Below are positions 36,258 to 48,790 of a stretch of DNA of 64,000 nucleotides, one piece after another (position 1 is the first letter of the stretch; every line of letters starts with the position of its first letter). A model generated the notes under the pieces. The model did not search any database. It was given only the letters and a program-made list of their open reading frames with translations, and was not told the DNA's origin. The position numbers and the translations under genes are program-made. The DNA comes from Octopus sinensis (Eukaryota): positions 168,268,001 through 168,332,000 of the forward strand of contig NC_042999.1 of NCBI RefSeq assembly GCF_006345805.1, read 5' to 3'.

Positions 36258-36806
36258 GTCACTTTCGAGTGCTACTGGTAACATGTAACCCAGTACAACC
36301 TGTTGCGTCGTCGGGTCGTCGGCGACTAAACCAGCAACCCCACCAAGCTTGCTTGGTGAGGAGGGTGTTTATTGGTCACCCTGCGGGATGAAAAACAAAA
36401 CCCGTCAAAGGGCGGAGGAACTCTTGAGAGTCAACGGCCAGCCAATAAATGTCTTAAGGCTGTATCATGCGCGGGGACATAGAAATAATCGGACTGAATA
36501 CCCGATGGCACAGTTAAACCATTGGGAGTGAAGGACTCCCAGCCTTTGTTAGGGCATCCTTCTAGGAGAAGGCAACTCAGGTAACTGGGATAACTCCGAC
36601 ATAAAACCTGCGGCTCAGTGGCTACCGATGATGTTGACTTGTTCTTCTTTTCGGATTATGGCTGCTGTTGCTTAGTGAGTGGGATTGACTCAGTGCACAG
36701 CCTTTCCTCACTTTAAAAAAAAATCTTCTTGCATAGGCATTGCACGATAACAACATTGATTAAGCTTTGTGCAATGGCCATACTCGATAACGAGGGGGCA
36801 GCCACC
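36258..36806 (+). mobile_element. Non-autonomous, RTE 5'-UTR-like insertion
   Basis: GC/CpG-rich; motifs AAAGGGCGGAGGAACTC and CTAGGAGAAGGCAACTC resemble RTE leaders; flanked by the direct repeat ATATGTATGTATG. Confidence 0.55.
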
Positions 36807-36934
36807 ATATGTATGTATGCATATGTTTTATTTATTAAATTGTTATTATATATATATGTATATATATTACAGAGATGTACTTGCATAGCAAGTGACCTGA
36901 TCTGAGATCATGTGCTGGAACGAAAGCAATTGAA

Positions 36935-37205
36935 GTGTGGAAGGTGTTTATAAGCCATTTAAGAAACACACAAAACCATTAGATTCACTTTAACATTTAA
37001 ATTTAATTTGTCATAATATTTTCATCACTTTGAGAACTGTAACCTGTTGCATCTCTGCATCTCGTGATGCAGCACAAAGTTTTGTCAGTGAACAGGTCGC
37101 GGTCTCAAAGCGACGAAAATATTTTGACAAATTAAATTTAAATGTTGAAGTGAATCTAACGGTTTTGTGTATTTCTTAAATGGCTTATAAACACCTTCCA
37201 CGCTG
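36935..37205. repeat. Fold-back element with minimal hammerhead-like motif
   Basis: 36935-37050 is the reverse complement of 37090-37205. Confidence 0.75.
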
Positions 37206-38182
37206 CAGTTGTTTCATATATATATATATATATTATCCGAATTTTATAGCATTAAGAAGTATCCATTACGGCTGGTCTTACCAATCAGTTTCATGCAAAA
37301 ATACAATGGAGTGTTAGGTAACAATCCAATTATATGTAGTGAATCTTGCATGCCAAATATAAATTAATGCTGCAACAGAACTTTTCCTATGATGGAACAA
37401 TGGTTTTTCTCTGACAGAGGTTTTACATTTTCCAGATGCCTTTAGCTAGACCGAAATAATGTCTTCACCACTTGACCCTTTCTAACCTCTCCTACTTCAC
37501 TAAAACCTAGAATAGAGATAACAAGACCACCAACTAAATCTATTGTTCTCAATGATATATCTATCCTTCTGGATCTTTGTATAAGCAAGCACACCCCAAG
37601 CAAAAATCAGTTAGTCACTTGTTGACAACTGAACGAGGCAGCTCGTGACGGCTCAATTAGTTAAAGAAAGGACTGCTAGAATATAATGGTCAGTGAGAGA
37701 AATGAAAATTTTATTTTCTACACACACAGTAATCTGAAAAATCAACAATACATGACGGGCTTCTTTCAGATTCCATCTACCAAATCCACTCACCAGGCTT
37801 TGGTCGGCTCGAGGTTATAGTAGAGGACACTTGCCCAAGGAGTCACACAGTGGGACTGAACCCAGAACGATGTGGCTGGGAAGCAGGCTTCTTACCACAC
37901 AGCCACATATGTAAGAGTGGGTGTGTGGGTGTGTGGGTATAAATATGAAAGAAATATGTAATCAATGTACTCAGATTTCTGCAAACATTTCTTTCCTTGA
38001 AAAAAGTTTTTGGGATTCCTACATTTTAGATGACGGAGATTATGAATAAATCGGGGCTAATGCAGTTTCACACCTCTCCTTGAAAAATGCATTTTTTTTT
38101 TAAAAAGTAGGAATCCGAAAAAATTGTTTCAAAAAAGTGCACTTTTCAGGGAGAGTTGCGAAATTGCATTAGACCCTAATTG

Positions 38183-38221
<39 letters not shown>

Positions 38222-38526
38222 TAATAATAATAATAATAGTAAAAATAATAATAATAATTCTTTCTACTAAAGACAGAAGACCTGAAATGGGGGGGGCTAG
38301 TCGATTATATCGACCCCAGTACTAAACTGATACTTAATTTATTGACCCCAGAATGATAATTCTACGCACTTGAAACAGCATTAGATTAACAATTTGTATG
38401 TAACGTTGTGGATATGTGTGTGACTATATATATATCATCATCATCATCATCATCACCGGAGTAAACACATAAATGTGAAACAAGGTGGAAAAAAGAGTAC
38501 TCAAATACCAATGGTAGAGTAATATG

Positions 38527-38684
38527 CTTTATTTAAAGCAGCGGAAAATTCAACAAAACCTGTTACTCTGAGTTTCCCATTGCCATTCATCGGACAGTTT
38601 TTGCTAGAACAAACTGTCCGATGAACGGCAACGGGAAACTCAGAGTAACAGGTTTTGTTGAATTTTCTGCTGCTTTAAATAAAG
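38527..38684. repeat. Fold-back element with a minimal type I hammerhead in each arm
   Basis: Arms 38527-38601 and 38610-38684; CTGT CCGATGA ACG-gcaa-CGG GAAA CTCAGAG TA ACAG. Confidence 0.75.
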
Positions 38685-39225
38685 TATATATATATATCAC
38701 GTGATCACGTGACCGACCATCCCATCAGATGTTGTTACACATCGCTGGTAACAATGCGTTCGCATTGTTTTAGCCTTTGAATGACGCAACCCTGCTGGCT
38801 AAGCGAGCAGGCCAATATATATATATATATTTCAAAATAGAAAATTACCCTTTAGCAGGTAATTTTGCATGCTAGAAATAGCAGCCAACACGGATAAAAA
38901 ACCACAATTTTATAGCAAATTTCAAAGTAAATGAAAAATAAAAACCTTTACCTTGTTATATAATGGTTATACCATGGCTTTAGCAGAATAATAACATTTG
39001 CTATCTTTTAATAGATAATTTAGCAAGACCATATTATCTCCAGGCGAATCCTCGTCAGTAACCAACCTAAACAACTAGCTTATAACTCAGAGACAAGACA
39101 ACACGTGTCCCATCATTATATGCTATAATTTTTCAAATTTACAGTCAGCAATAGATGCAATGCAGTGGCCTAGCATGTATAAAAAGTCAATAGACATATA
39201 CACACACATATATATATATATATAT

Positions 39226-40850
39226 ATGACCTTGCTCTAATTGCTGAGTCACTATCAGAACCGGAGGAGAAGTTTCAGGTGTGGAAACAAGGATTAGAAC
39301 CGAAAGGCCTTAGAGTCAACCTAGTTAAAACCAAGGTCCTAATATGTAGGAAGGCAGGCAAACCACAAATCCCTTCGGGTAGATGGCCCTGCTCGATCTG
39401 TAGTAGAGGCGTAGGTAGAAACTCTATAAGATGTACCCAGTGTAAGCTATGGACACATAAGAGATGGAGTAATATCAAAAGAAGGCTAATGGGGAAGATA
39501 GTTTTTGTATGTGGCAGATGCTCGAGAGTAATAAACACTGAAAATGCTCTGAGACCAACTTCTGCCACATTCCAGGGAGAAAAACTTGAAGTAGTTGATA
39601 GCTTCCGTTACCTAGGTGACCAAGTCAGTAGTGGAGGAGAGTGCGGTAAAAGCGTAACTGCTTGAATAAGAACAGCTTGGGCAAAGTTCAGAGAGCTCTT
39701 ACCTCTGCTAGTGACAAAGGGCCTCTCGCTCAGAGTAAAAGGTAAACTGTATGACGCACGTGTACGAACAGCCACGCTGCATGGCAGCGAAATGTGGGCT
39801 GTGACTGCTGAGGACAGGCGTAAGCTCGCAAGGAATGAAGCCAGTATGATCGGATGAATGTGTAATGTCAGTACTCATACTCGACAGAGTGTAAGTACCT
39901 TGAGAGAAAAGCTGGACCTAAGAAGCATCAGATGTGGTGTGCAAGAGAGACGACTGCGCTGGTTTGGTCATGTGGCGAGAATGGATGAGGACAGCTGTGT
40001 GAAAAAGTGCCACACCCTAGCGGTTGAGGGAAGCTATGAAGAGGTAAACCCAGGAAAACCTGGGACGAGGTGGTGAAGCACGACCTTCGAACTTTAGGTC
40101 TCACCGAGGAAATGACTAGTGACCGAGACTTTTGGAAATATGCTGTGCATGAGAAGACCCAGCAAGCCAAATGAGACCATAATCTCGTGGCCTATGCCAG
40201 GGGCGTTACCAGCCCACTTATGCATACCTTTCCCTTCTTTAGACACTAAAACTCTGCTTGCGAAGACCTGTTGAGGCAAGTGATATCAAATCAAAATCAA
40301 AATCGAATTCGATGAGTGGCGTCCGTGCTAGCGGAGTGCAATGAGCACCATACAAGTGTAATCATTGACAGAGTGGCTAACCGGCTTCCATGCCAGTGGC
40401 ACTTAAAAGGCACCATTCGAGCATGATCATTACCAGCATCGCCTTTCTGGCACCTTAGCCCTGTGTTAGTAGGGTATTAAGAGCATCATCCGAGCGTGAT
40501 CGTTGCCAGAGCGGCTATCTGGCCTCTGTGCTGGTGGCACGTAAAAGACACCATCCGAGCGTGATTGTTACCAGCATCGCCTTACTGGCACCTGTGCCGG
40601 TGGCATGTGTAAATGATTTGAGCGAGGTTGCCAGTACCGCCTGACTGGCCCCATGCCGGTGGCACATAAAAGCACCCACTACACTCTTGGAGTGGTTGAC
40701 GTTAGGAAGGGCATCCAGCTGTAGAAACTCTGGCAGATCAAGTTTGAAGCCTGGTGTAGCCATCTGGTTCGCCAGCCCTCAGTCATTCGTCCAACCCATG
40801 CTAGCATGGAAAGCGAACGTTTAACGGTGATTATGATGATGATGATGCTG
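39226..40850 (+). mobile_element. RTE LINE 3' half with full 3' UTR and (GAT)n tail
   Basis: ORFs 39279-39665 and 39858-40076; tail at about 40820-40850. Confidence 0.92.
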
Positions 40851-41027
40851 ATGATATATATATATATATTGATAGACAGATACATACATACCCTTCTCTC
40901 CCCCCTCTATTTGTATGTCTATACACACACACACGCACACACACACATGTAAATATATATATATATACACACATGAATACATGTAATCATACACATATAC
41001 AGATATATACATACATGGATACATACG

Positions 41028-41068
<41 letters not shown>

Positions 41069-41147
41069 ATAGGGTAATAAGAAATTATTATTACCAATGG
41101 CCTAGCACAAAAACGAATTAATTAGTCATTAGACTATATATTATTCA

Positions 41148-41409
41148 CATAGAAATACAATAAGAGGCTTCCAAATAGGAAAGCCTTGTGCTAGAAAGAG
41201 CAGTAGAAAACTCAAAACTACCAAATAAGGATAAATTTTCGCATCAGCCATTTTGCTGGAAATAGTTAGAAACCATGGTCTGGGAAATAATTGAGATGGT
41301 AAACGTTTTTAATTTTCATTCCTTTCAAAAATTTATCCTTATTTGGTGGTTTTGAATTTTCTACTGCTCTTTCTAGCACATGGCTTTCCTATTTGGAAGC
41401 CTCTTATTG

Positions 41410-41413
<4 letters not shown>
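41148..41413. repeat. Fold-back element between (TA)n tracts
   Basis: 41148-41240 is the reverse complement of 41331-41413; the spacer contains GAAA-CCATGG-TC. Confidence 0.7.
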
Positions 41414-41441
<28 letters not shown>

Positions 41442-41993
41442 CTTTATGCTTTATCTTTTACTTGTTTCATGATTGAAACAAATAAAAGATGGAAGATAAA
41501 AGATATATTTGTGTGTGTGTGTAAGAAATATATATATAGATAATAAATATATAAGAAATAGTGAAGGCGCATGGCTCAGTGGTTAGAGCGTCGATCTTAC
41601 GACCATGAGATTGTGAGTTCGAATCCCGTAGCGGGCTGCGTGTTGTTCTTGAGTAAGACACTTTATTTCACATTGCTCCAGTTCACTCAGCTGTGGAAAT
41701 GAGTTGTGTCATCACTGATGCCAAGTTGTATCAGCCTTTGCCTTTCCCTTGGATAACATCGGTGGCATGGAAAGGGAAGGCTTGTATATATGGGTGACTG
41801 CTAGTCTTCCATAAACAACCTTGCCCGGACTTGTGGGTAACTAGGAGGGTAACTTTCTAGGTGCAATCCCATGGTCATTCATGACTGAAGGGGGTCTCCG
41901 ACTCCGACTCCGATATAAGAAATAATTAAGATTCAGTTGAGGCACTGAGTCAGTCCAGTATTGTCCCCACAGTACGAAGTTAGGTGAATAAAA

Positions 41994-42287
41994 AGCAAAT
42001 AAGTAGCAAAGATGTCCAGGTATTAGTGCATTATGGCTGTTTCAAGTGGCTCCATTTAATTGATCAATGCAAGCATTACATCAGTGCATAAGACCATATA
42101 GGTTTTCATCATAAAGGATACTCCATTATAATTTTTTAGCAAATTTTTGCTAAAATGCATATAGTCTTATGCATCCGAGGAAAGTGGTTTATTTCAAATT
42201 GATGTAATGCTTGCACTGATCGATTAAATGGAGCTGCTTGAAATGGCTATAATGCACTAATACCTGGACATCCTTGTTACTTATTTG

Positions 42288-42372
<85 letters not shown>
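41994..42372. repeat. Fold-back element followed by perfect (TA)n
   Basis: 41994-42100 is inverted at about 42150-42288; (TA)n 42289-42372. Confidence 0.7.
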
Positions 42373-42373
<1 letters not shown>

Positions 42374-42618
42374 TTTGTTTTATCTTTTATTTGTTGCAGC
42401 CATGCTGGGGCACTGTCTTGAAGAACTTTTAGTCACATGAATCAAACCCAATACTTATTTTTTGTTAAGGCTGGTACTTATTCTATTGGTCTCTTTTGCC
42501 AAACTGCTAAGTCATGAGGTGTAAACATACACACACACACACACATATTATATACATCAGCTTTCTTTCAGTTTCCATTTACCAAATTCACTCACAAGGC
42601 TTTGGTTGACCCAAGGCT

Positions 42619-43803
42619 ATAGGATATGATATCAAAAAGTTCTTGGACTAGTTCTGTAGCACACCAACAGATGGCAGCATACACTTGTGTGCACAGCGAG
42701 AGCTAGCAGTGACCCTCCTGAAGCATTTGTGCAATTTGTGCTTCTGTGGTCATGTGTATGCTGTAGTCTGTGATTTTGTCATGAACAGGAACAAAAAGCC
42801 AACGTGAAATTTTGTGTAAAACTTGGGAAGTCTACTACAGAGACAAGCTTATAGGAAATGAGGCAATGAGGCAATGTTTCAAGTGGTAAGGGTGCTTCAA
42901 AAGTGGAAGAATGTCTCTGGAAGATGATGAATGATCTGGAAGACCTGCCATGAGTGTCACTCCAGAAATGTGGTATTGGGCATCGAAAATTTGTTCGCCA
43001 AGGCCAGACAATCGATCAAGAGTTCTACTGCAACGTTTTGAAGCATTCGAAGGGGGACATTCAGCAAAAGCAACTGGATCTGTGGAGCACAAAGGATTGG
43101 ATTCTTCACTGAACTCCCCTCACTCATGAGTTTCTCACCAAAAACGAGTGGCCATGTGGTAAGTAGCTTGCTTACCAACCACATGGTTCCGGGTTCAGTC
43201 CCACTGTGTGGCACCTTGGGCAAGTGTCTTCTACTGTAGCCTTGTGCCAACCCAAGCCTTGTGAGTGGATTTGGTAGACGGAAACTGAAAGAAGCCTGTC
43301 TTATATATGTGTATATATATATATGTATGTGAGTGTTTGTGTGTCTGTGTTTGTCCCCCCAACTTCGCTTGACAACCGATGCTGGTGTATTTACATCCCC
43401 ATAACTTAGTGGTTTGGCAAAAGAGACCGACAGAATAAGTACTAGGCTTCCAAAGAATAAGTCCTGCACGACTAAAGGCGGTGCTCCAGCATGGCCACTG
43501 TCAACTGACTGAAACAAGTAAAAGAGTAAAAGAGTATGCTATCACATCCGCATCCACCTTATTCTCCAGATTCCAGATTTAGCACCTATGGACTTCGATC
43601 TCTTCCTCAGGATGAAAATGAAGTTCAAAGGACACCGTGATTATCACTGTTGTCGAGAATCTGAGCAAATCACAGAAGATTCTCAATTCGCTTACGGAAA
43701 ACAACTTCCAGGCCAGATTCCAAAAGTGGCAGGAACACTGGGGCAAGCATATTGCTGCACAATGTTACATAACTAGTCCAGGAGCCTTTTGATACCACCT
43801 CAT
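42619..43803 (+). mobile_element. Decayed mariner-like element split by a SINE
   Basis: TIRs TATCAAAAAGTTCTTGGACTAGTT and AACTAGTCCAGGAGCCTTTTGATA; fragments QKANVKFCVKLGKS, LEDDE*SGRP, HPPYSPD..LAPMDFDLF. Confidence 0.75.
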
Positions 43804-46592
43804 GCTAAATGATGCATTCCCATGCAGTTGTTGGATTGCACCTGGAACTGTGCAGTTGGGAAGCAAGCATGATGAATGTGTTGTGAATGTTTGCATCCGC
43901 ATATTACTCTTTTACTCTTTTACTTGTTTCAGTCATTTGACTGCGGCCATGCTGGAGCACCGCCTTTAGTCGAGCAAATCGACCCCAGGACTTATTCTTT
44001 GTAAGCCCAGTACTTATTCTATTGGTCTCTTTTGCCAAACCGCTAAGTGACGGGGACATAAACACACACCAGCATCGGTTGTCAAGCAATGTTGTGGGGA
44101 CAAACACAGACACACAAACACACACACATACAGATATATATATATATATACACATATATACGACAGGCTTCTTTCAGTTTCCGTCTACCAAATCCACTCA
44201 CAAGGCATTGGTCGGCCCGGGGCTATAGCAGAAGACACTTGCCCAAGGTGCCACGCAGTGGGACTGAACCTGGAACCATGTGGTTGGTTAGCAAGCTACT
44301 TACCACACAGCCACTCCTGCGCCTATGTTCATACTATATGTATGAGCATGCTTATAAATACATACAATTCATATAACATCCATGCATTTGCATGCATACA
44401 CACTTTGTGCATATGACTTCTATTTAAAGCAAAATATATTAACATCAGCAATTTTTGACAGTTGATTTTGCATTGCAGAAGTTATTCAGCTCTTGCCATT
44501 ATGTAAAACACAGATGTCAAAATACTGATAATGTTGATGTTGGCAGCAGTGGGTTATCATGGTAGTGGCAGTGGATGTAGATATGAGGATAGAGGTTACA
44601 GTAATGGTAGTGGTAAATGATAGTGGGGGGGGGCGACAATGGTTGTGGTGGCGGTGGTAGCGGTGGCAGTGATCATGGTTGCATTGGTCATGGTTGCATT
44701 GGTGGCAATGGCAGTGATGGCAGTTAAAGTGGTGGCAGTGACAGCAGCAGTGGTGATGGTTATAATGGCAGCGGCGGTGAGGTGGTGGTGGTGGGGGGGG
44801 GGTGGAGGGTTGGTTCTGGAGATTTAATGCTATTATAAAAAATTTTGAATCTCAGAAGTCTGAGATCAGAAACAACAGAAAACTTGCTGGAATGAAAAAC
44901 CTTTCAAGCATTTAATTTCATCCTTCTAAATCGGAATCAAAATTGAACCAATCCTATGACTGGCACCCGGCAGATGCCAGGACCCCTGGACTGGAGATAC
45001 GTAAAAAGCACTGTCCGAATCGTGGCCGATGCCAGCGTCGCCTCGACTGGCTTCCATGTCGGTGGCATGTTAAAAGCACCAACCGATCGTGGCCGATGCC
45101 AGACCCCCCTGGCACCTGTGCAGGTGGCACGTAAAAAGCACCCACTACACTCGCGGAGTGGTTGGCGTTAGGAAGGGCATCCTGCTGTAGAAACACTGCC
45201 AGATCAGACTGGAGCCTGGTGCAGCCCTGGCTTCCCAGACCCCGGTCGAACCGTCCAACCCGTGCTAGCGCAGAAAACGGACGTTAAACGATGATGATGA
45301 TGATGATGATTATCATATTTTTGTTGAAAAACACTACTTTTGCGTCAAAGTGCATGGCGGCTCAGTAGTTAGAGCATTGAACTCACAGCCATGACGTAGT
45401 GAGTTTGATTCCCAGACTGGGCTGTGTGTTGTGTTTTTGAGCAAGACACTTCATTTCACATTGTTCCATTTCACTCAGCTGTAGAAATGAGTTGTGATGT
45501 CACTGGTGCCAAGCTGTATCAGCCCCTTTGCCTTTCCCTTGGATTACATTGGTGCCATGGAAAGGCGAGGTTGGTATGCATGGACGACTGCTGGTCTTCC
45601 ATAAACAACCTGACATGGACTTGTACCTTGGAGGGTAACTTTCTAGTTGCAAACCCATGGTCACCCATGACCGAAGGGGGTCTTTATGTATGTATGTATG
45701 TATGTATGTATGTATGTATGTATATATATTTCTTTATTGCCCACAAGGGGCTAAACTTAGAGGGGACAAACAAGGACAGACAAAGGGATTAAGTCGATTA
45801 CATCAACCCCCCCACCCAGTGCAAAACTGGTACTTTATTTATCGACCCCGAAAGGATGAAAGGTAAAGTCGACCTCGGCGGAATTTGAACTCAGAACGTA
45901 ATGACAGACGAAATACCGCTAAGCATTTCGCCCGGCGCTCTAATGAGTCTGCCAGCACACCGCCTTATGTATGTATGTATATATGTATGTACGTATGTAT
46001 GTACGTATGTATGTATGTATGTGTGCGTATATGTATGAGACTCAGTGGCTGGAGCATTGGGCTCACAATCAGGGGGTAGTGACTTCAATACCCAAACTGA
46101 GCTGTGTGTTGCGTTCTTGAGCAAGACACTTTATTTCATATTGCTCCAGTTCACTCAGGTATAGAAATGATTTGTGACATCACTGGTGCCAAGCTCTCAT
46201 TGTCCTTTGCCTTTCCCTTGGATAACATCGGTGGCATTGGAGATGGGAGGCTGGTATGTATGTCTTCCATAAACAACTTTTTCCAGACTTGTGCCTAGAA
46301 GGTAGACATTCTCGGTGCAAGCCCATGGTCAGTCATGACCAAACGGGGTTCTTCTCTTAATTTAGAAAATAATGAAGCATTTAGTAAAATAAGCTGAAGC
46401 TTTAACCATAAATTAACATGAGACTGTGATGGAAGGTTTTAATTTAAATCACTTTAACCTTTAACACAGTGATTCTCAACCATTTATTGCCTCTTGATCC
46501 CTTTGATTGCTATTTTACTCTGATAGACACCTTTAGCCATTCAGCGTTTATATTTTGCAGTTCACACATCAACTTCTGAAGCTTGACCAATG

Positions 46593-47025
46593 TAAAATTA
46601 TCAACCATAAAATTATCAACCATAAAATTATCAACCATAAAATTATCAACCCATAAAATTATCAACCCATAAAATTATCAACCCATAAAATTATCAACCA
46701 TAAAATTATCAACCCATAAAATTATCAACCCATAAAATTATCAACCATAAAATTATCAACCATAAAATTATCAACCCATAAAATTATCAACCCATAAAAT
46801 TATCAACCATAAAATTATCAACCATAAAATTATCAACCATAAAATTATCAACCCATAAAATTATCAACCATAAAATTATCAACCATAAAATTATCAACCC
46901 ATAAAATTATCAACCCATAAAATTATCAACCATAAAATTATCAACCATAAAATTATCAACCCATAAAATTATCAACCATAAAATTATCAACCATAAAATT
47001 ATCAACCCATAAAATTATCAACCAT
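46593..47025 (+). repeat. Minisatellite of 15/16-bp units (C)CATAAAATTATCAAC, about 28 copies
   Basis: Direct reading; runs straight into LINE sequence at 47025. Confidence 0.95.
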
Positions 47026-47398
47026 CGTACAAACAATAACTCTGAGCACCTTTTCAAACTCCACCCATCTAACACATATTTACATAGTAAGAAAACAGCA
47101 CAGCTCCCATGACTTCAGGAAACATTTTTTCACGCTGAGAGTTGCTGAAGCATGGAACAAACTGCCGGCATCAGTTGTTAGTTGTCCGAGCACTGCATCC
47201 TTCAAAACTTCCATGCTTCCTGAGATTCGCCAACACTACACCTGATTTTCTCCCCTCCATACACACAAAGGCATGTATCTGACTCATACATTGTTCACTT
47301 TCCAGACATTTCTACATTACTGCATGTACTTTATATGCACTTTCTGACAAGTTGTGGTGCACCTGAGCACTGTATACAATAATTTCATTATTATTATT
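47025..47398 (+). mobile_element. CR1/L2-type LINE 3' end
   Basis: Matches 4001-4380 and 21505-21885 (-). Confidence 0.85.
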
Positions 47399-48261
47399 AA
47401 AACATTGGAGATAGAAATCTTTTTGTTTCTTGTGATGGATACATCTAAAGGAAAATTTTTTCGTGAACTTTTAAAATACTACTGTGCATACTCAGTTTAC
47501 TATTTTGCTTGTATGGACCCCCAGAAGTCTTATATGGACCCCAGTTGGGAACCACTGCCTAAAAATTTGAACAGGCAATACCTGGGTCAAATATTCTACC
47601 TATTTTATGCTCAAACACTCAAGATTTGGCCTCTTACATTTACCCTAAAATGTTATTCTAAAACTATACAGTCACATCATCAACATCTCAAAGCTACTTT
47701 GATAATTGCATACATTTGATAGAATAATCTGAATGCTAAGAGGGTATAAAACAGGAAATTTGTATCACAGAACCAAGGGTAGTCTTGAACAGGTTAGTAT
47801 CTAAAAAGGCTGAACAGCAATCTCAGTAATAGACAGGGAATCAATTCAATCATTTGTACTCCTATACAAAGTTGAAGACTTGAGTCATAGTGATGAATCA
47901 TTTTTTAAAATCTTTTTACTTGTTTCAGTCATTAGACTGTGGCCATGCTGGGGCAACACCATGAAAGATTTTTAGGTGAATAAATCAACCCCAGTACATT
48001 TTTTAAAGCCTGGTACTATTGCTGAACTGCTAAGTTACAGGAATGTAAACATACCAACACTGGTTACTGGTTGTCAAGTGCTAGTGGGGAACAAACACAG
48101 ACACAAAGGCATATGCACACACACACACGCAGAGTCAATTCGAGGAAGTTATATCTTCACTAGGGATTATATAATCCAAGATGTTCCACAGGGTAATCTC
48201 TATCATATAATGCAAAAGTCACTGGTATATTTTGAGGATTATTGAAATTAAATATATTTTC

Positions 48262-48771
48262 AATATTGAAGGAAAAGAAAATGGAGAAAAATGGATGTAT
48301 GAATAATTTATTTGTATGTTATAGAATGTTGAAAATGTCTTTTAAAAAAACATAACAGCACAAATAAGTTGATTACAAGTTGTAAAACTCACAAAAAATA
48401 AAATGAAATAAAATAAAAACTATGTTTCAGTACTCTCCCTTAGTTGATCAGAAATTCTAAGCATTTGGTTAAATGCTAAGGAAAGTATCATATTCTAACT
48501 ATATAGGGTAGAATTTCTTCAGGGTTATTATGAGTTAATAGAATTTAGATTATCATTTTTCCTCTGAAGGATGAATAAGAATTTCTGATCAACTAGGGGA
48601 TAGTACTGAAACATATATGTAGGTTCCTTTATTTATTATTTTTTTTTAGCTTTACAACTTATAATCAATTTATTTGTATTATTATATTTTTTAAAAGAAG
48701 TTTTCAACATTTTATAACATACATATAAATTATTCATACATCCATATTTTTTCCATTTTCTTTCCTTCAAT
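48262..48771. repeat. Long fold-back element with degenerate minimal hammerhead
   Basis: 48262-48458 is inverted at 48578-48771; CTGATCA...GAAA CATATATG TA at 48585-48621. Confidence 0.7.
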
Positions 48772-48790
48772 ACACACACACATATATATA

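Noticed and set aside
41563-41640. Functional tRNA genes
   Set aside because: tRNA-like heads continue into SINE bodies and lack a clean cloverleaf and terminator; the same applies at 52024 and 32960.
46593-47025. CRISPR-like array
   Set aside because: Units are contiguous with no unique spacers, the context is eukaryotic, and the unit derives from a LINE.
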